A stretch of DNA of 64,000 nucleotides from Eubacteriales bacterium (lineage in GTDB: Bacteria; Bacillota; Clostridia; Oscillospirales; CAG-382): NCBI GenBank assembly GCA_045598975.1, contig JAZRVE010000099.1:4315-68314 (forward strand), given 5' to 3'. Shown here in pieces: positions 8,736-17,494 of this stretch (positions are counted from its first letter, which is position 1; the number at the start of each line of letters is the position of its first letter). A program made the position numbers and the translations under genes. Below the pieces are notes generated by a model. It saw only the letters and a list, made by a program, of their open reading frames with translations, did no database searches and was not told where the DNA came from.

Positions 8736-9515
8736 TCAAAAACCGAGATAGCTCTCAAAGCCAAGCATATAGAGCGCGAGCACAAAAGACCCGTTCTTTT
8801 TTTCGGCAATGCTTTGCAATTCCTCTATTACGGTATCGCAAGGCACGGTAATGTTGTCAGAATCTGACACTACTTTTTGAATGACAGACGGAAGAACCAT
8901 ACACATCTTATAGAAAGCATTATCCTCTCCCGTTACTGTTTTATAAAACTCATCCATGCTGACACGGCGGATTCGACGGTGCTTTTGTTTTGTGCTGTCT
9001 ACGGAAACAGACCATGCGATATTTTGCGACTTTTTGGCAATAGCCTCAACTAAAAAGCAAGCACAATCATCATCGTTTAACAACTGACTTTGCATTTTCA
9101 TATATGTTTTAGCGCTGGATGCAGAATTCATGGTATTATGCTTGTTTTTCATCTCGACATACACGGTTTTTACAGTGCCGCAATCGGGAACATTAGTGCC
9201 GCCGGATTTTGTTAGAATAACATCCCATCCGGTTTGCGGAACTGTGCATCCATCCATGTACTGGAAGATGCGTTGATGAAAATAGCCAATGTCATTATTG
9301 TTTGCTTTATCTCTCTGACGGAAAATCTCGTTTTTTATGATTTCTTCCCAACTATACTGATATACGGTTTTGTCAAAAATCAGCTTGATAGGATCGACCA
9401 AATTACTGTTAAAACGGCGCAAATCATAGGATGCCAGTTTTTCTCCGTAGTTTTGTATAGTGTTCTTTACATGAAGGGTGAAATTTTCCTCCGTAATAAA
9501 ATCTATGTCCCACAT
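8736..9515 (-). CDS. type II restriction endonuclease (PD-(D/E)xK; possibly Eco47II/Sau96I-like)
   Basis: Lies immediately downstream of the C5 methyltransferase with a 1-nt gap. GWDVIL ... VYVEMKNK fits the D...ExK nuclease motif. Gene is AT-rich. ATG at 9515 is preferred over the ORF start at 9557, which would overlap the methylase by 41 nt. The subfamily guess is weak. Confidence 0.6.
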   Translation of the reverse strand: MWDIDFITEENFTLHVKNTIQNYGEKLASYDLRRFNSNLVDPIKLIFDKTVYQYSWEEIIKNEIFRQRDKANNNDIGYFHQRIFQYMDGCTVPQTGWDVILTKSGGTNVPDCGTVKTVYVEMKNKHNTMNSASSAKTYMKMQSQLLNDDDCACFLVEAIAKKSQNIAWSVSVDSTKQKHRRIRRVSMDEFYKTVTGEDNAFYKMCMVLPSVIQKVVSDSDNITVPCDTVIEELQSIAEKKNGSFVLALYMLGFESYLGF

Positions 9516-9516
9516 A

Positions 9517-10569
9517 TCAGTTTTCCAATCCTTTTTTGATTTCTGTCGCAATATCAAAAGCCAAATTTACGGGAACAGCATTGCCGACCTGCTTATACTG
9601 ACTTCCCATTTTTCCGCAGAATTGCCAGTCGTCAGGAAAGGATTGAATACGTGCATTCTCCCTAATACTGAACGGACGCGGTTGCAAAGGGTGGCATCGG
9701 TCGGTTTGCTTTTGAGATGGCGATGTCAATACTGTCAACGATGGTTCATCCATGCTCATTCGACGTAAAATTCCGGTTCTGCCGCCGCCCATGCTCCAGC
9801 AACTTTTCATGTAATCTCTGGCGATATCGGCAGGAATATCGCGCCAATAGCCACCGGGTGGAACGAGTTTGAATATCTCACGCTTATGTTCGGAATACTC
9901 TGCACAGATACTATCGGGTACATTTTGAATCACATCCCGCAATACGGGCTTGTATTCATGAGGAGAGGGAAAAGCGATGGACACCATATGGGATAAATCA
10001 TTTCGAATGCCGATGGTTATGAGACGTTCACGCTTTTGAGCATTTCCGTAATCCCAAGCGTTCAAAACTTTTTTTTGGATGTGATAACCGCATTCTGCAA
10101 AAACTTTAAGAATCGTTTTATATGTTCGGCCACTGTCATGCGTTAACAGCCCTCGCACGTTTTCAAATAAGAACGTTTTCGGTTGCAGTTTTTGAAGAAA
10201 TACTGCATAATGATAAAATAGTGTGCCCCGTGCATCTTCCAAGCCTAAACGTTTTCCGGCATACGAAAAAGACTGACATGGTGCGCCGCCGGAAAGCAGA
10301 TCCAATTCGCCCTTCTGCAAATTGAAATATTCACAAAGATCTAATTTTGAAATATTGGCAATGTCATCGCAAATGACATTCCAATGCGGTCGGTTGACTT
10401 TTAGCGTGTTGCAGGCATCTTTGTTAAATTCTATCAAACCGAGGGTTTTGAATCCCGCTTTTTCGATGCCTAATGCGAGACCTCCGGCTCCTGCGAACAA
10501 TTCAATCGTAGTGGGTGGAATGTTGGCGGATTGCGGCAATTTTTCATTTTCCGAGGGATTTATGCTCAT
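9517..10569 (-). CDS. dcm: DNA (cytosine-5)-methyltransferase
   Basis: All canonical motifs are present: I ELFAGAGGLALG, IV GGAPCQSFS, VI ENVRGL, VIII QKRERLITIG, X GNAVPV. Confidence 0.95.
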   Translation of the reverse strand: MSINPSENEKLPQSANIPPTTIELFAGAGGLALGIEKAGFKTLGLIEFNKDACNTLKVNRPHWNVICDDIANISKLDLCEYFNLQKGELDLLSGGAPCQSFSYAGKRLGLEDARGTLFYHYAVFLQKLQPKTFLFENVRGLLTHDSGRTYKTILKVFAECGYHIQKKVLNAWDYGNAQKRERLITIGIRNDLSHMVSIAFPSPHEYKPVLRDVIQNVPDSICAEYSEHKREIFKLVPPGGYWRDIPADIARDYMKSCWSMGGGRTGILRRMSMDEPSLTVLTSPSQKQTDRCHPLQPRPFSIRENARIQSFPDDWQFCGKMGSQYKQVGNAVPVNLAFDIATEIKKGLEN

Positions 10570-10597
10570 GATAATTACCGCCTTTCCTTATCTAGAC

Positions 10598-10667
10598 TTG
10601 TTTATTGAAAAAGATAAAAACACCCATACGTATTATAAAGAATCTGCCTATTGTTTTCAATAAACAA
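10598..10667. repeat. 14-bp perfect inverted repeat bracketing the R-M promoter
   Basis: TTGTTTATTGAAAA (10598-10611) and TTTTCAATAAACAA (10654-10667). Confidence 0.8.
10632..10660 (-). promoter_or_regulatory. promoter of the R-M operon
   Basis: On the minus strand: TTGAAA (10660-10655), 17 nt, TATAAT (10637-10632). Confidence 0.6.
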
Positions 10668-10722
10668 ATTGTGACTTTTTCGGATATTTTGATTATGAAT
10701 TAAAGATTATTACTTATATTAA

Positions 10723-10767
10723 CAAAAAAACACATTACGATATGCAGTCGCACAACATAATGTGTTT
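10723..10767 (-). terminator. intrinsic terminator of the M55 peptidase pair
   Basis: Stem AAACACATTA/TAATGTGTTT, followed on the minus strand by a 7-8 nt U-run (A-run 10723-10730 on plus). Confidence 0.65.
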
Positions 10768-10784
10768 CTTTGTTTGCCGATGAT

Positions 10785-11567
10785 TCAGATCATCAGATCC
10801 TGACAATGCCTGACGGCAGTGACGTTCTTGCGGAGCGTGCGGGCGCCGATGCGCTCACAGCCGCTGCCGCACAACCGCAAGGTGTCCTCGCAGTAGTCGG
10901 CGCGGGTGTAGGTGATCTCGACGGTGGTGGGGAGAGCGACCGTGACGGGCTTGATAGAGGACGCTTTGGCAAGCGCCTCCTTGACACCGGTCACGAGCCT
11001 CTCTTTCCAGTCGGGATAGTTTTCCGCGCTGTTGCGGGAGATCATGCGCTTGACGGGCACGGCGACGATGTCGGGCACGTATTCCTTCGCCTGCTCGCAG
11101 AAAGTGTCGTCGCCCGAGCAGAAAACGGTCGGGATGCCGTAGGCACCGGCAAAATAGGCTTCGATGGCGAGCTCGCTCACCTCTTTGCCGCCGATCCTGT
11201 GGCTGAAAACGCGCACGCTGTCCATGGTGTGATCGAGAAAGGCGAAAGAGCCCGCTCTCGCGTGAGCGCCGAGTTCATAGACACAGTCGAATCTCCCGTT
11301 TACGAGCATATCCTCCCACTCACCGAGAGCGACCTGCACGGCATTTGGAGAGATGAGCTCGGGAATGACGTTGGTGCCCTTGTAGTGACCGTCTATGAAG
11401 TAGACGTTGTTGTCGGCATTGCAGGCCTTGCACGTGTCGGCGACGAGATTGATGTCGCGGCAGAGCGCCTTCTGCGTTTCGGCATAGAGTGGAGAGGTGT
11501 CGTGGATGGCGTCGAGGACGTTGACGTCGGCGAGTCCCTCTACGTCGGTTATGATGAGAATATTCAC
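10785..11567 (-). CDS. M55-family (DppA-like D-aminopeptidase) protein, copy 1
   Basis: 260 aa. The N-terminus MNILIITDVEGLADV resembles the DppA M-x-DMEG start. Tandem paralog of the next gene. Confidence 0.6.
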   Translation of the reverse strand: MNILIITDVEGLADVNVLDAIHDTSPLYAETQKALCRDINLVADTCKACNADNNVYFIDGHYKGTNVIPELISPNAVQVALGEWEDMLVNGRFDCVYELGAHARAGSFAFLDHTMDSVRVFSHRIGGKEVSELAIEAYFAGAYGIPTVFCSGDDTFCEQAKEYVPDIVAVPVKRMISRNSAENYPDWKERLVTGVKEALAKASSIKPVTVALPTTVEITYTRADYCEDTLRLCGSGCERIGARTLRKNVTAVRHCQDLMI

Positions 11568-11589
11568 GAAAAAGACTCCTTTTTGAAGG

Positions 11590-12372
11590 TCAGATCAGCA
11601 GATCGTGGTATCGCTTGACGGCGGCGACGTTTTTGCGGAGCGTGCGGGCGTCGATGCGCTCACAGCCTCCGCCGCACCACCGTAAGGTGTCTTCGCAGTA
11701 ATCGGCGCGGGTGTAGGTGATCTCGACAGTAGTGGGGAGAGCGACCGTGACGGGCTTGATAGAGGACGCTTTGGCAAGCGCCTCTTTGACGCCGGCGACA
11801 AAACGCTCTTGCCAATCGGGATAGTTTTCCGCACTGTTGCGGGAGATCATGCGTTTTACGGGCACGGCGACGATACCGGGCACGTATTCCTTTGCCTGCT
11901 CGCAGGAAGCGTCATCGCCCGAGCAGAAGACGACCGGCACGTTGTAGGCACCGAACAGAAATGCCTGAATGGCGAGCTCGCTGACCTCTCTGCCGCCGAT
12001 CTTGTGGCTGAAAACGCGTACGCCGTCCATGGTATGATCGAGAAAGGCGACGGAGCCGGCTCTCGCATGAGCGCCGAGCTCAAAGACACAGTCGAATTTT
12101 CCTTCGGCCAACATATTTTCCCATTCGTTGGGTTTGAGCAGGACGGCGTTCGGCGAGATGAGCTCGGGAATGACGTTGGTGCCCTTGTAGTGACCGTCCA
12201 GATAGTAAACGGTATTGCCGGCATCGCAGGCTTTGCACGTGTCGGCGATGAGGTTGATATCGCGGCAGAGCGCTTTCTGCGCGTCGGGATAGAGCGGGGA
12301 CGTGTCGTAGATGGCATCGCGGACGTTGACGTCGGCGAGTCCCTCCACATCCGTTAAAATCATAATGTTCAC
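11590..12372 (-). CDS. M55-family (DppA-like D-aminopeptidase) protein, copy 2
   Basis: 260 aa. Aligns to copy 1 without gaps over its full length. Confidence 0.6.
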   Translation of the reverse strand: MNIMILTDVEGLADVNVRDAIYDTSPLYPDAQKALCRDINLIADTCKACDAGNTVYYLDGHYKGTNVIPELISPNAVLLKPNEWENMLAEGKFDCVFELGAHARAGSVAFLDHTMDGVRVFSHKIGGREVSELAIQAFLFGAYNVPVVFCSGDDASCEQAKEYVPGIVAVPVKRMISRNSAENYPDWQERFVAGVKEALAKASSIKPVTVALPTTVEITYTRADYCEDTLRWCGGGCERIDARTLRKNVAAVKRYHDLLI

Positions 12373-12621
12373 GAAAAATTCCTCCCTTTTTGCCCGATGA
12401 AACAGGCTACATTATCATTATATCAAAACGGGAAGGAAAGTCAAGGCGTTTGCCCGAACTTTTGCGAAAGGGCGGATTTGTCCGTATGCGGATGGATAAA
12501 ACCAATATCAATACCGGAAACAGAAAAGAAAAAGGCTTTTGCTGTTCCGACGGTTTCGGCTTATGACGGAAACGGATACGGATATGCAATGCACGGAGGT
12601 GCTTTTGCGTGAACAGATACG

Positions 12622-13065
12622 TTACAGTTTGATCTTGATGACGATCTTGCGTACCTTTTCGGTCGAGGCGTACCGTCCCGGCGCATGGGCATCGAAGGGA
12701 TGGACGAGATAAAAATCGCCCGCGTTCATGACAAGCGCCTTGCCGTCGGCCTCGTAAAAGGCGTAATCCTCGGCGTCCCGGTAACTCTGCGTTTCCCGGC
12801 AGACCGAGAGGGGTGCGTAAACCATGGTTTCACTCCCGTCAAGGATATACTGTAAGTCGATGTACCGGCGGTGCGCCTCAAAGCAGACGGCTTTTTCGGT
12901 GCTCGTCTGAACGGTGACGACGTTGGCGTACAGATTTTCCCCGTCGATCTCATAATGCCCGTCCGGCGTGGCGGGATCGAAGGCGAGCAGATAGTCGATG
13001 GCACGGTCGATGCGCGTGCCGAGCCCTTTGTAGGCGGTGAGGTCTTGCTTTTTTCCGGTTATCAT
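12622..13065 (-). CDS. YhcH/YjgK/YiaL (DUF386, EbgC-like) family protein
   Basis: 147 aa with pattern GHYEIDGENLYANV ... EAHRRYIDLQYILDGSE ... FDAHAP. Start at the ATG at 13065 behind AGGAGGA. Confidence 0.65.
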   Translation of the reverse strand: MITGKKQDLTAYKGLGTRIDRAIDYLLAFDPATPDGHYEIDGENLYANVVTVQTSTEKAVCFEAHRRYIDLQYILDGSETMVYAPLSVCRETQSYRDAEDYAFYEADGKALVMNAGDFYLVHPFDAHAPGRYASTEKVRKIVIKIKL

Positions 13066-13103
13066 GATAAATCCTCCTTGTAGGTATGGTTTTCGGTGAA
13101 AAA

Positions 13104-13772
13104 TCAGAGAAAGGAAGCGGCGTCCAGCCGAACAAGCGGCACGTCGTCGCAGGGCTCCCCGGAACAGACGGCGCACCGATACCCGGGAACGGTGTCGAAT
13201 TCCTTAAAATAGCAGGGGATGTCGGGCTCCGGCACGACGGTGACGGGATTGCCGGGAAAAACGGCGAACGAGTCGGGTGTAAGACGCATCCCGAGCCCCG
13301 TGTACTTCATATAGCTTTCTTTGAGCGTCCACAGACGGAAAAAGACGTCGTCCCGCGCCTGCTTTGTCGGCTGTGCGGTCACAAGACCGTATTCGCTTTC
13401 GCGGAAAAAGCGTTTGGCGACTGCGTCGTGGCATTCGGTGATCTGCTCGACGTCACAGCCGGTCTCGTGCCCGGAAAAGGAAACCATGACGCAGGTGCCC
13501 GAGTGGGACAGATTGAAACGGAAGGACGGCAGATCGGCAAAATACGGCTTGCCGTAAGGAGAAAAGGCATAGGTGCGTTCCCTTTCGCATAGGTTTTCCG
13601 CCCCAAGCCGGTGATCGAGCAGAAGCCCTGCGCCGAGCGACAGATTTTTGTCCTTCCGGAAACGGAGCGCGTCGGTTTTTTTCTGTCTGACGCCGGACAT
13701 ACGGGCGTACAGACGGCGGAAAACACCGTCGTCATCCAGAAAAGACACGTCCAGACAGAATACCTCGACCAT
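13104..13772 (-). CDS. 4'-phosphopantetheinyl transferase (Sfp type)
   Basis: FNLSHSG ... GCDVEQI ... FFRLWTLKESYMKYTGLG motifs. Start at the ATG at 13772 behind GGAGG. Confidence 0.8.
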   Translation of the reverse strand: MVEVFCLDVSFLDDDGVFRRLYARMSGVRQKKTDALRFRKDKNLSLGAGLLLDHRLGAENLCERERTYAFSPYGKPYFADLPSFRFNLSHSGTCVMVSFSGHETGCDVEQITECHDAVAKRFFRESEYGLVTAQPTKQARDDVFFRLWTLKESYMKYTGLGMRLTPDSFAVFPGNPVTVVPEPDIPCYFKEFDTVPGYRCAVCSGEPCDDVPLVRLDAASFL

Positions 13773-13872
13773 AAGACCTCCGCTTTCTTGTTTGTTTACG
13801 GCTTCATTATACAGGAACACGCGGCATTTTTCAAGAGGAAGGACGGAAAAAACAAAAAAAGGCGGAAAAGTC

Positions 13873-13900
13873 TTGCAATCGCGGACAGATGTGGTATAAT
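13873..13900 (+). promoter_or_regulatory. promoter of the PP2C/STAS operon
   Basis: TTGCAA, 16 nt, TG-n-TATAAT (13895-13900). Confidence 0.55.
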
Positions 13901-13946
13901 AGAATATATCTGTTGAAATCTGTTCGGATGAGCAGGAGAGAGTAGT

Positions 13947-15932
13947 ATGAAAAAATCCATCGCCGGTCGCGTCATCATCAATGTGTTCGTCATGCTTTTT
14001 CTTATCATGGCGCTTGTCTGTACCGTGACTTATTTCATGACGCAGGACAGCGTTCGTAAAAGCATCGGGGATCAGTCGGAGGTCGCGCTGGATATGTTCG
14101 CCTTTTCCCTGAAACAGGCGTCGGAGGAAAGCGGAATCCCCATGGCAGACGGCTTCGACGACGTGTTCCGCGCGTACAGCGAGCCGGTGCTCGACAACTT
14201 TGACTTTGACTATCTGTATATGTTCGTGCCGAATTCAGAAGCCGGCACCATACGCTACGTCGCCATAATCGGCAAGCATGAAGAGATCAAGGAAAAGATC
14301 CGCAAAGAGATGGGAGACGACCGGACGGCTCCCTATGTGCTTGCTCCGCGTGAACTCGAGCTGTGGGAAGGAAAGACGCCGCTTATCCACGTGACGATGG
14401 ACAACGACTACGGCAAAGAACTCGAAACCATGACGATCATCGAGGACACCTTCGGCAACCGAGCCATCCTCGGCATCGACGTGTCGTATGAAGAGGCGTA
14501 TCGCAGAGTCATCGAGACGTTCGTGTTCATCGCGATCGCCATCTTACTGCTGTTCGGCGTGCTGCTTCTCATTCTGCATTTCATCATCCGCAAGACGGTC
14601 TCCGTACCCGCCAAGCAGATCAGCCGTCACATGACCGATTTCATTACCGACGGCAGCCGCTCGCAGGATAAGCTCAAAGTCAACGGCAAGGACGAATTTG
14701 CCATGATCGCGCGGGCGTTCAACAAAATGACCGACGATATCGACCGGTACGTTTCGGACATCGAACAGCTCAACCGCGAGCAGTCGCAGAGAAAAGCGGA
14801 GCTTGACATCGCCGCCAAGATACAGATCGGTCTTCTGCCGAAAGTCCGATTCCCCGGCAGAGGGCATGAGATACAGGCGCTCATCAACCCGGCAAGGGAA
14901 GTGGGCGGCGACCTGTACGACTATCAGCGCATCGACAGTGACCGGACTCTCGTGGCGGTGGCGGACGTGTCGGGCAAAGGCATCTCGGCGTCCATGTTCG
15001 TATCGGTCACGCTGATTTTGATCCGCCAGTATGCCAAGATGAATCTGTCACCGGCGGAAATATTGAAAATGACAAACGAATCCCTTGCGCGGCATAACCC
15101 GGAAACGCTTTTCGTGACGGCGTTCCTCGGCATTTATGACAGCCGGACGAATCAGTTCACCTATTCCAACGCCGGACATAATCTGCCGTATATCATCCGC
15201 GGCGAAGAGCTCATCAAGCTGGACAAGGCGTCCGGACTGCTTCTCGGACTGTTTGAGGACGGTGTCTACGAGCAGGAAACGGTCACTCTGCGTAACGGAG
15301 ACGTGCTGTATCTGTATACCGACGGCGTCAACGAAGCGACCAATACCGAAAAAGAGCTCTTCGGATACGAACGTCTGGAAGCCCTGCTCGGGACGCTCGG
15401 ACGGTCGGGCGAGAAAAACATCATTGAGAAGGTGCGGGAAAGCCTGAACGGCTTCACGGCAGGCGCCGAGCAGAGCGACGACATCACCATGCTGACGCTT
15501 GCGGTAAACGGAGCCGAGTGTTTGAACCTTGCTTTCGACGTGCGGGAGTTCCCCAAAATACGGGATATGATTTTCGCCGCTTCTCTTACGGACGAGGATA
15601 AGCGCACGCTGTGTCTTGCGGCGGAGGAACTGTTCGTCAATATCTGTTCCTACGCCTTTAACGGCAACGCGCCGGAGAACGAGCGCATCCGGTTCAGCCT
15701 TTCGGTGTCCGATAAGGTCGTGATGCGCTTTGAGGATAACGGCGTCCGGTACAATCCGCTCGAAAACGTCACGACGATGGACGAATACGATATGGATAAC
15801 AGCATCGGCGGACTCGGCAAGCTCATCTCCTTCGGGATCACCGACGGAGCGGATTACGAATACTATGAAAACACGAATATACTGACGATCATTAAAAAAA
15901 TCAATAATAAAGATACAGAAAAAGGAGAATGA
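13947..15932 (+). CDS. membrane sensor: HAMP + PP2C (SpoIIE/RsbU-type) phosphatase fused to an RsbW/SpoIIAB-like HATPase domain
   Basis: Two TM segments bracket a loop of about 160 aa. HAMP (FAMIARAFNKMTDDI). PP2C motifs (GGDLYDY, VADVSGKGISASMF, YTDGVNEA, DDITMLTL). C-terminal N-box-like EELFVNICSYA and G-box GGLGKLI. Confidence 0.8.
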   Translation: MKKSIAGRVIINVFVMLFLIMALVCTVTYFMTQDSVRKSIGDQSEVALDMFAFSLKQASEESGIPMADGFDDVFRAYSEPVLDNFDFDYLYMFVPNSEAGTIRYVAIIGKHEEIKEKIRKEMGDDRTAPYVLAPRELELWEGKTPLIHVTMDNDYGKELETMTIIEDTFGNRAILGIDVSYEEAYRRVIETFVFIAIAILLLFGVLLLILHFIIRKTVSVPAKQISRHMTDFITDGSRSQDKLKVNGKDEFAMIARAFNKMTDDIDRYVSDIEQLNREQSQRKAELDIAAKIQIGLLPKVRFPGRGHEIQALINPAREVGGDLYDYQRIDSDRTLVAVADVSGKGISASMFVSVTLILIRQYAKMNLSPAEILKMTNESLARHNPETLFVTAFLGIYDSRTNQFTYSNAGHNLPYIIRGEELIKLDKASGLLLGLFEDGVYEQETVTLRNGDVLYLYTDGVNEATNTEKELFGYERLEALLGTLGRSGEKNIIEKVRESLNGFTAGAEQSDDITMLTLAVNGAECLNLAFDVREFPKIRDMIFAASLTDEDKRTLCLAAEELFVNICSYAFNGNAPENERIRFSLSVSDKVVMRFEDNGVRYNPLENVTTMDEYDMDNSIGGLGKLISFGITDGADYEYYENTNILTIIKKINNKDTEKGE

Positions 15933-15935
15933 CAC

Positions 15936-16238
15936 GTGAACATCATCAAAACGGAAGAAAACGGAACGATAACCTTTGCGCTTGACGGATGGCTCGATAC
16001 GCTGTCGTCGCCCGAACTCGGCGCACAGCTTGCCGACATCGAAAAGGCACAGGCGATCGTGCTCGATTTTGACAAGGTGGAGTATATTTCTTCGGCGGGA
16101 CTGCGTCAGGTCGTGGCGGGCAGTAAAAAGGCGCAGGAGCTCGGCGCCGCCTTTTCGGTCGTCAACGTCGGCAAAGAGGTCATGAGTATCTTTTCCATGA
16201 CGGGCATCGAAAAAAAGATAAACATCACGGGAAAATAA
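15936..16238 (+). CDS. STAS-domain anti-sigma-factor antagonist (SpoIIAA/RsbV-like)
   Basis: 100 aa, GTG start 7 nt after AAAGGAGA. Conserved DFDKVEYISSAGL with the phosphorylatable Ser. Confidence 0.85.
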   Translation: MNIIKTEENGTITFALDGWLDTLSSPELGAQLADIEKAQAIVLDFDKVEYISSAGLRQVVAGSKKAQELGAAFSVVNVGKEVMSIFSMTGIEKKINITGK

Positions 16239-16261
16239 GCGCCGTCGGTGTCCGGAACGAT

Positions 16262-16290
16262 AAAAAATCCGCCTTGCAGGCGGATTTTTT
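16262..16290. terminator. bidirectional intrinsic terminator
   Basis: Stem AATCCGCC/GGCGGATT flanked by an A-run and a T-run, between convergent genes. Confidence 0.8.
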
Positions 16291-17237
16291 CATGAAACCG
16301 ACGAAAAATCGGTCACGATGCGCTTTTCACAGCAATCGGGGGAGTATTGCCACACGTCGATGTGCTCCGACTCGATAAAATAGCGGGGCGTTTTACTGCC
16401 CGGCAGAGAGGCGCAGGGAAAGTTGTTGTCGACGATGACGAGCTTGATCTTCATTTTCTCCGGCAGTATGCTTTTTATGTAGACGGCGGCGCAGTGACCG
16501 CTTTCGGCGCCCTCGCACCATTCGGCAAGCCCCGCGAGATTGGGGGACAGCTCGACGAAAATGCCGTAGGGCTCGATACTGCGGATGATGCCCGCCGCCG
16601 TTTCGCCGGCGTGAAAGAGGGCGGCGTTCTGCTCCCACGTGCCGAGAAGCTCCTTGTGCGAAAGAAAGAGCCTGCCGGTCGTGCGGTCGTTGGAACGGAC
16701 GACGCATTTGAGAAAATCACCGGGCGAGAAGCGCTCTTTCGGGTGGGAAATGCGGGAGACGGAGATGCAGTCGACCGGAAGCAGGGAAACCAGCCCGCAG
16801 CCGACGTCGCAGAAAACGCCGAACGGCTCGATGTGCGTCACGCGGGTGTCGATGACATCCCCGCCCGTCAGGCGGGACACGGCGGCTTCGTAGCACTGCG
16901 CCTGCGCTTCGCGGCGGGAGAGCAGCACGAGCGGCTCCGGGGAGGAACGGTCGACTGAAGTGACCTTGAAGCAGACGCTTTTGCCGACGCGCGTGATGAC
17001 GGCGATGTCGCGTACGTCGCTTCCGTCGGTGCTGTAAGCGGCTTCCTCACGCGGGATGACGCCGCGGCAGACGCCGAGATCGACGATGAGATCGTGACGG
17101 GAGTCGCATTTGACGGCGCGTCCTTCGAGGATGAGCCCGGCGTTCATGGCGTATTCAAGTCCTGTAAGCGTTGCCGTGCATTCTCTGTTTTCCGGCGTTT
17201 CCAGACGGCTGCCTTCCGGTTTGTATCGTTCGTTCAT
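16290..17237 (-). CDS. S1 RNA-binding domain protein (multiple S1 repeats)
   Basis: Repeated S1 signatures: GDVIDTRVTHIEPFGVFCDVG and GETAAGIIRSIEPYGIFVELS. Confidence 0.7.
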   Translation of the reverse strand: MNERYKPEGSRLETPENRECTATLTGLEYAMNAGLILEGRAVKCDSRHDLIVDLGVCRGVIPREEAAYSTDGSDVRDIAVITRVGKSVCFKVTSVDRSSPEPLVLLSRREAQAQCYEAAVSRLTGGDVIDTRVTHIEPFGVFCDVGCGLVSLLPVDCISVSRISHPKERFSPGDFLKCVVRSNDRTTGRLFLSHKELLGTWEQNAALFHAGETAAGIIRSIEPYGIFVELSPNLAGLAEWCEGAESGHCAAVYIKSILPEKMKIKLVIVDNNFPCASLPGSKTPRYFIESEHIDVWQYSPDCCEKRIVTDFSSVS

Positions 17238-17402
17238 GTATTTTCCCTTTTCCTTTCTTTACCGTACCGGAGATCCCGGTCTGCTTCATTGTATTCGTGC
17301 CGACGTCCGATTATGCGGAAAACGGATCGGTGCGGAGAGGGCGGACGGCGACAAAAGATATTTGTACAAATGTAAAAAATAAAATGTTTACAAAAAACGG
17401 GA

Positions 17403-17431
17403 TTGATTATCTTGGAAAAGAATGGTATAAT
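17403..17431 (+). promoter_or_regulatory. promoter of the SBP gene
   Basis: TTGATT, 17 nt, TG-n-TATAAT (17426-17431). Confidence 0.6.
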
Positions 17432-17494
17432 GGTGATGAAATCAGCAGACTGCCCATTTTCGGACGGGACTGCAAATTCTGGGAGGCGGTTTTC

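Noticed and set aside
8722-10732. 10-bp direct repeat CAAAAAAACA at both edges of the R-M island, read as a target-site duplication
   Set aside because: Not rejected outright but downgraded. Both copies coincide with A-runs of intrinsic terminators, so a chance match of low-complexity sequence is likely.
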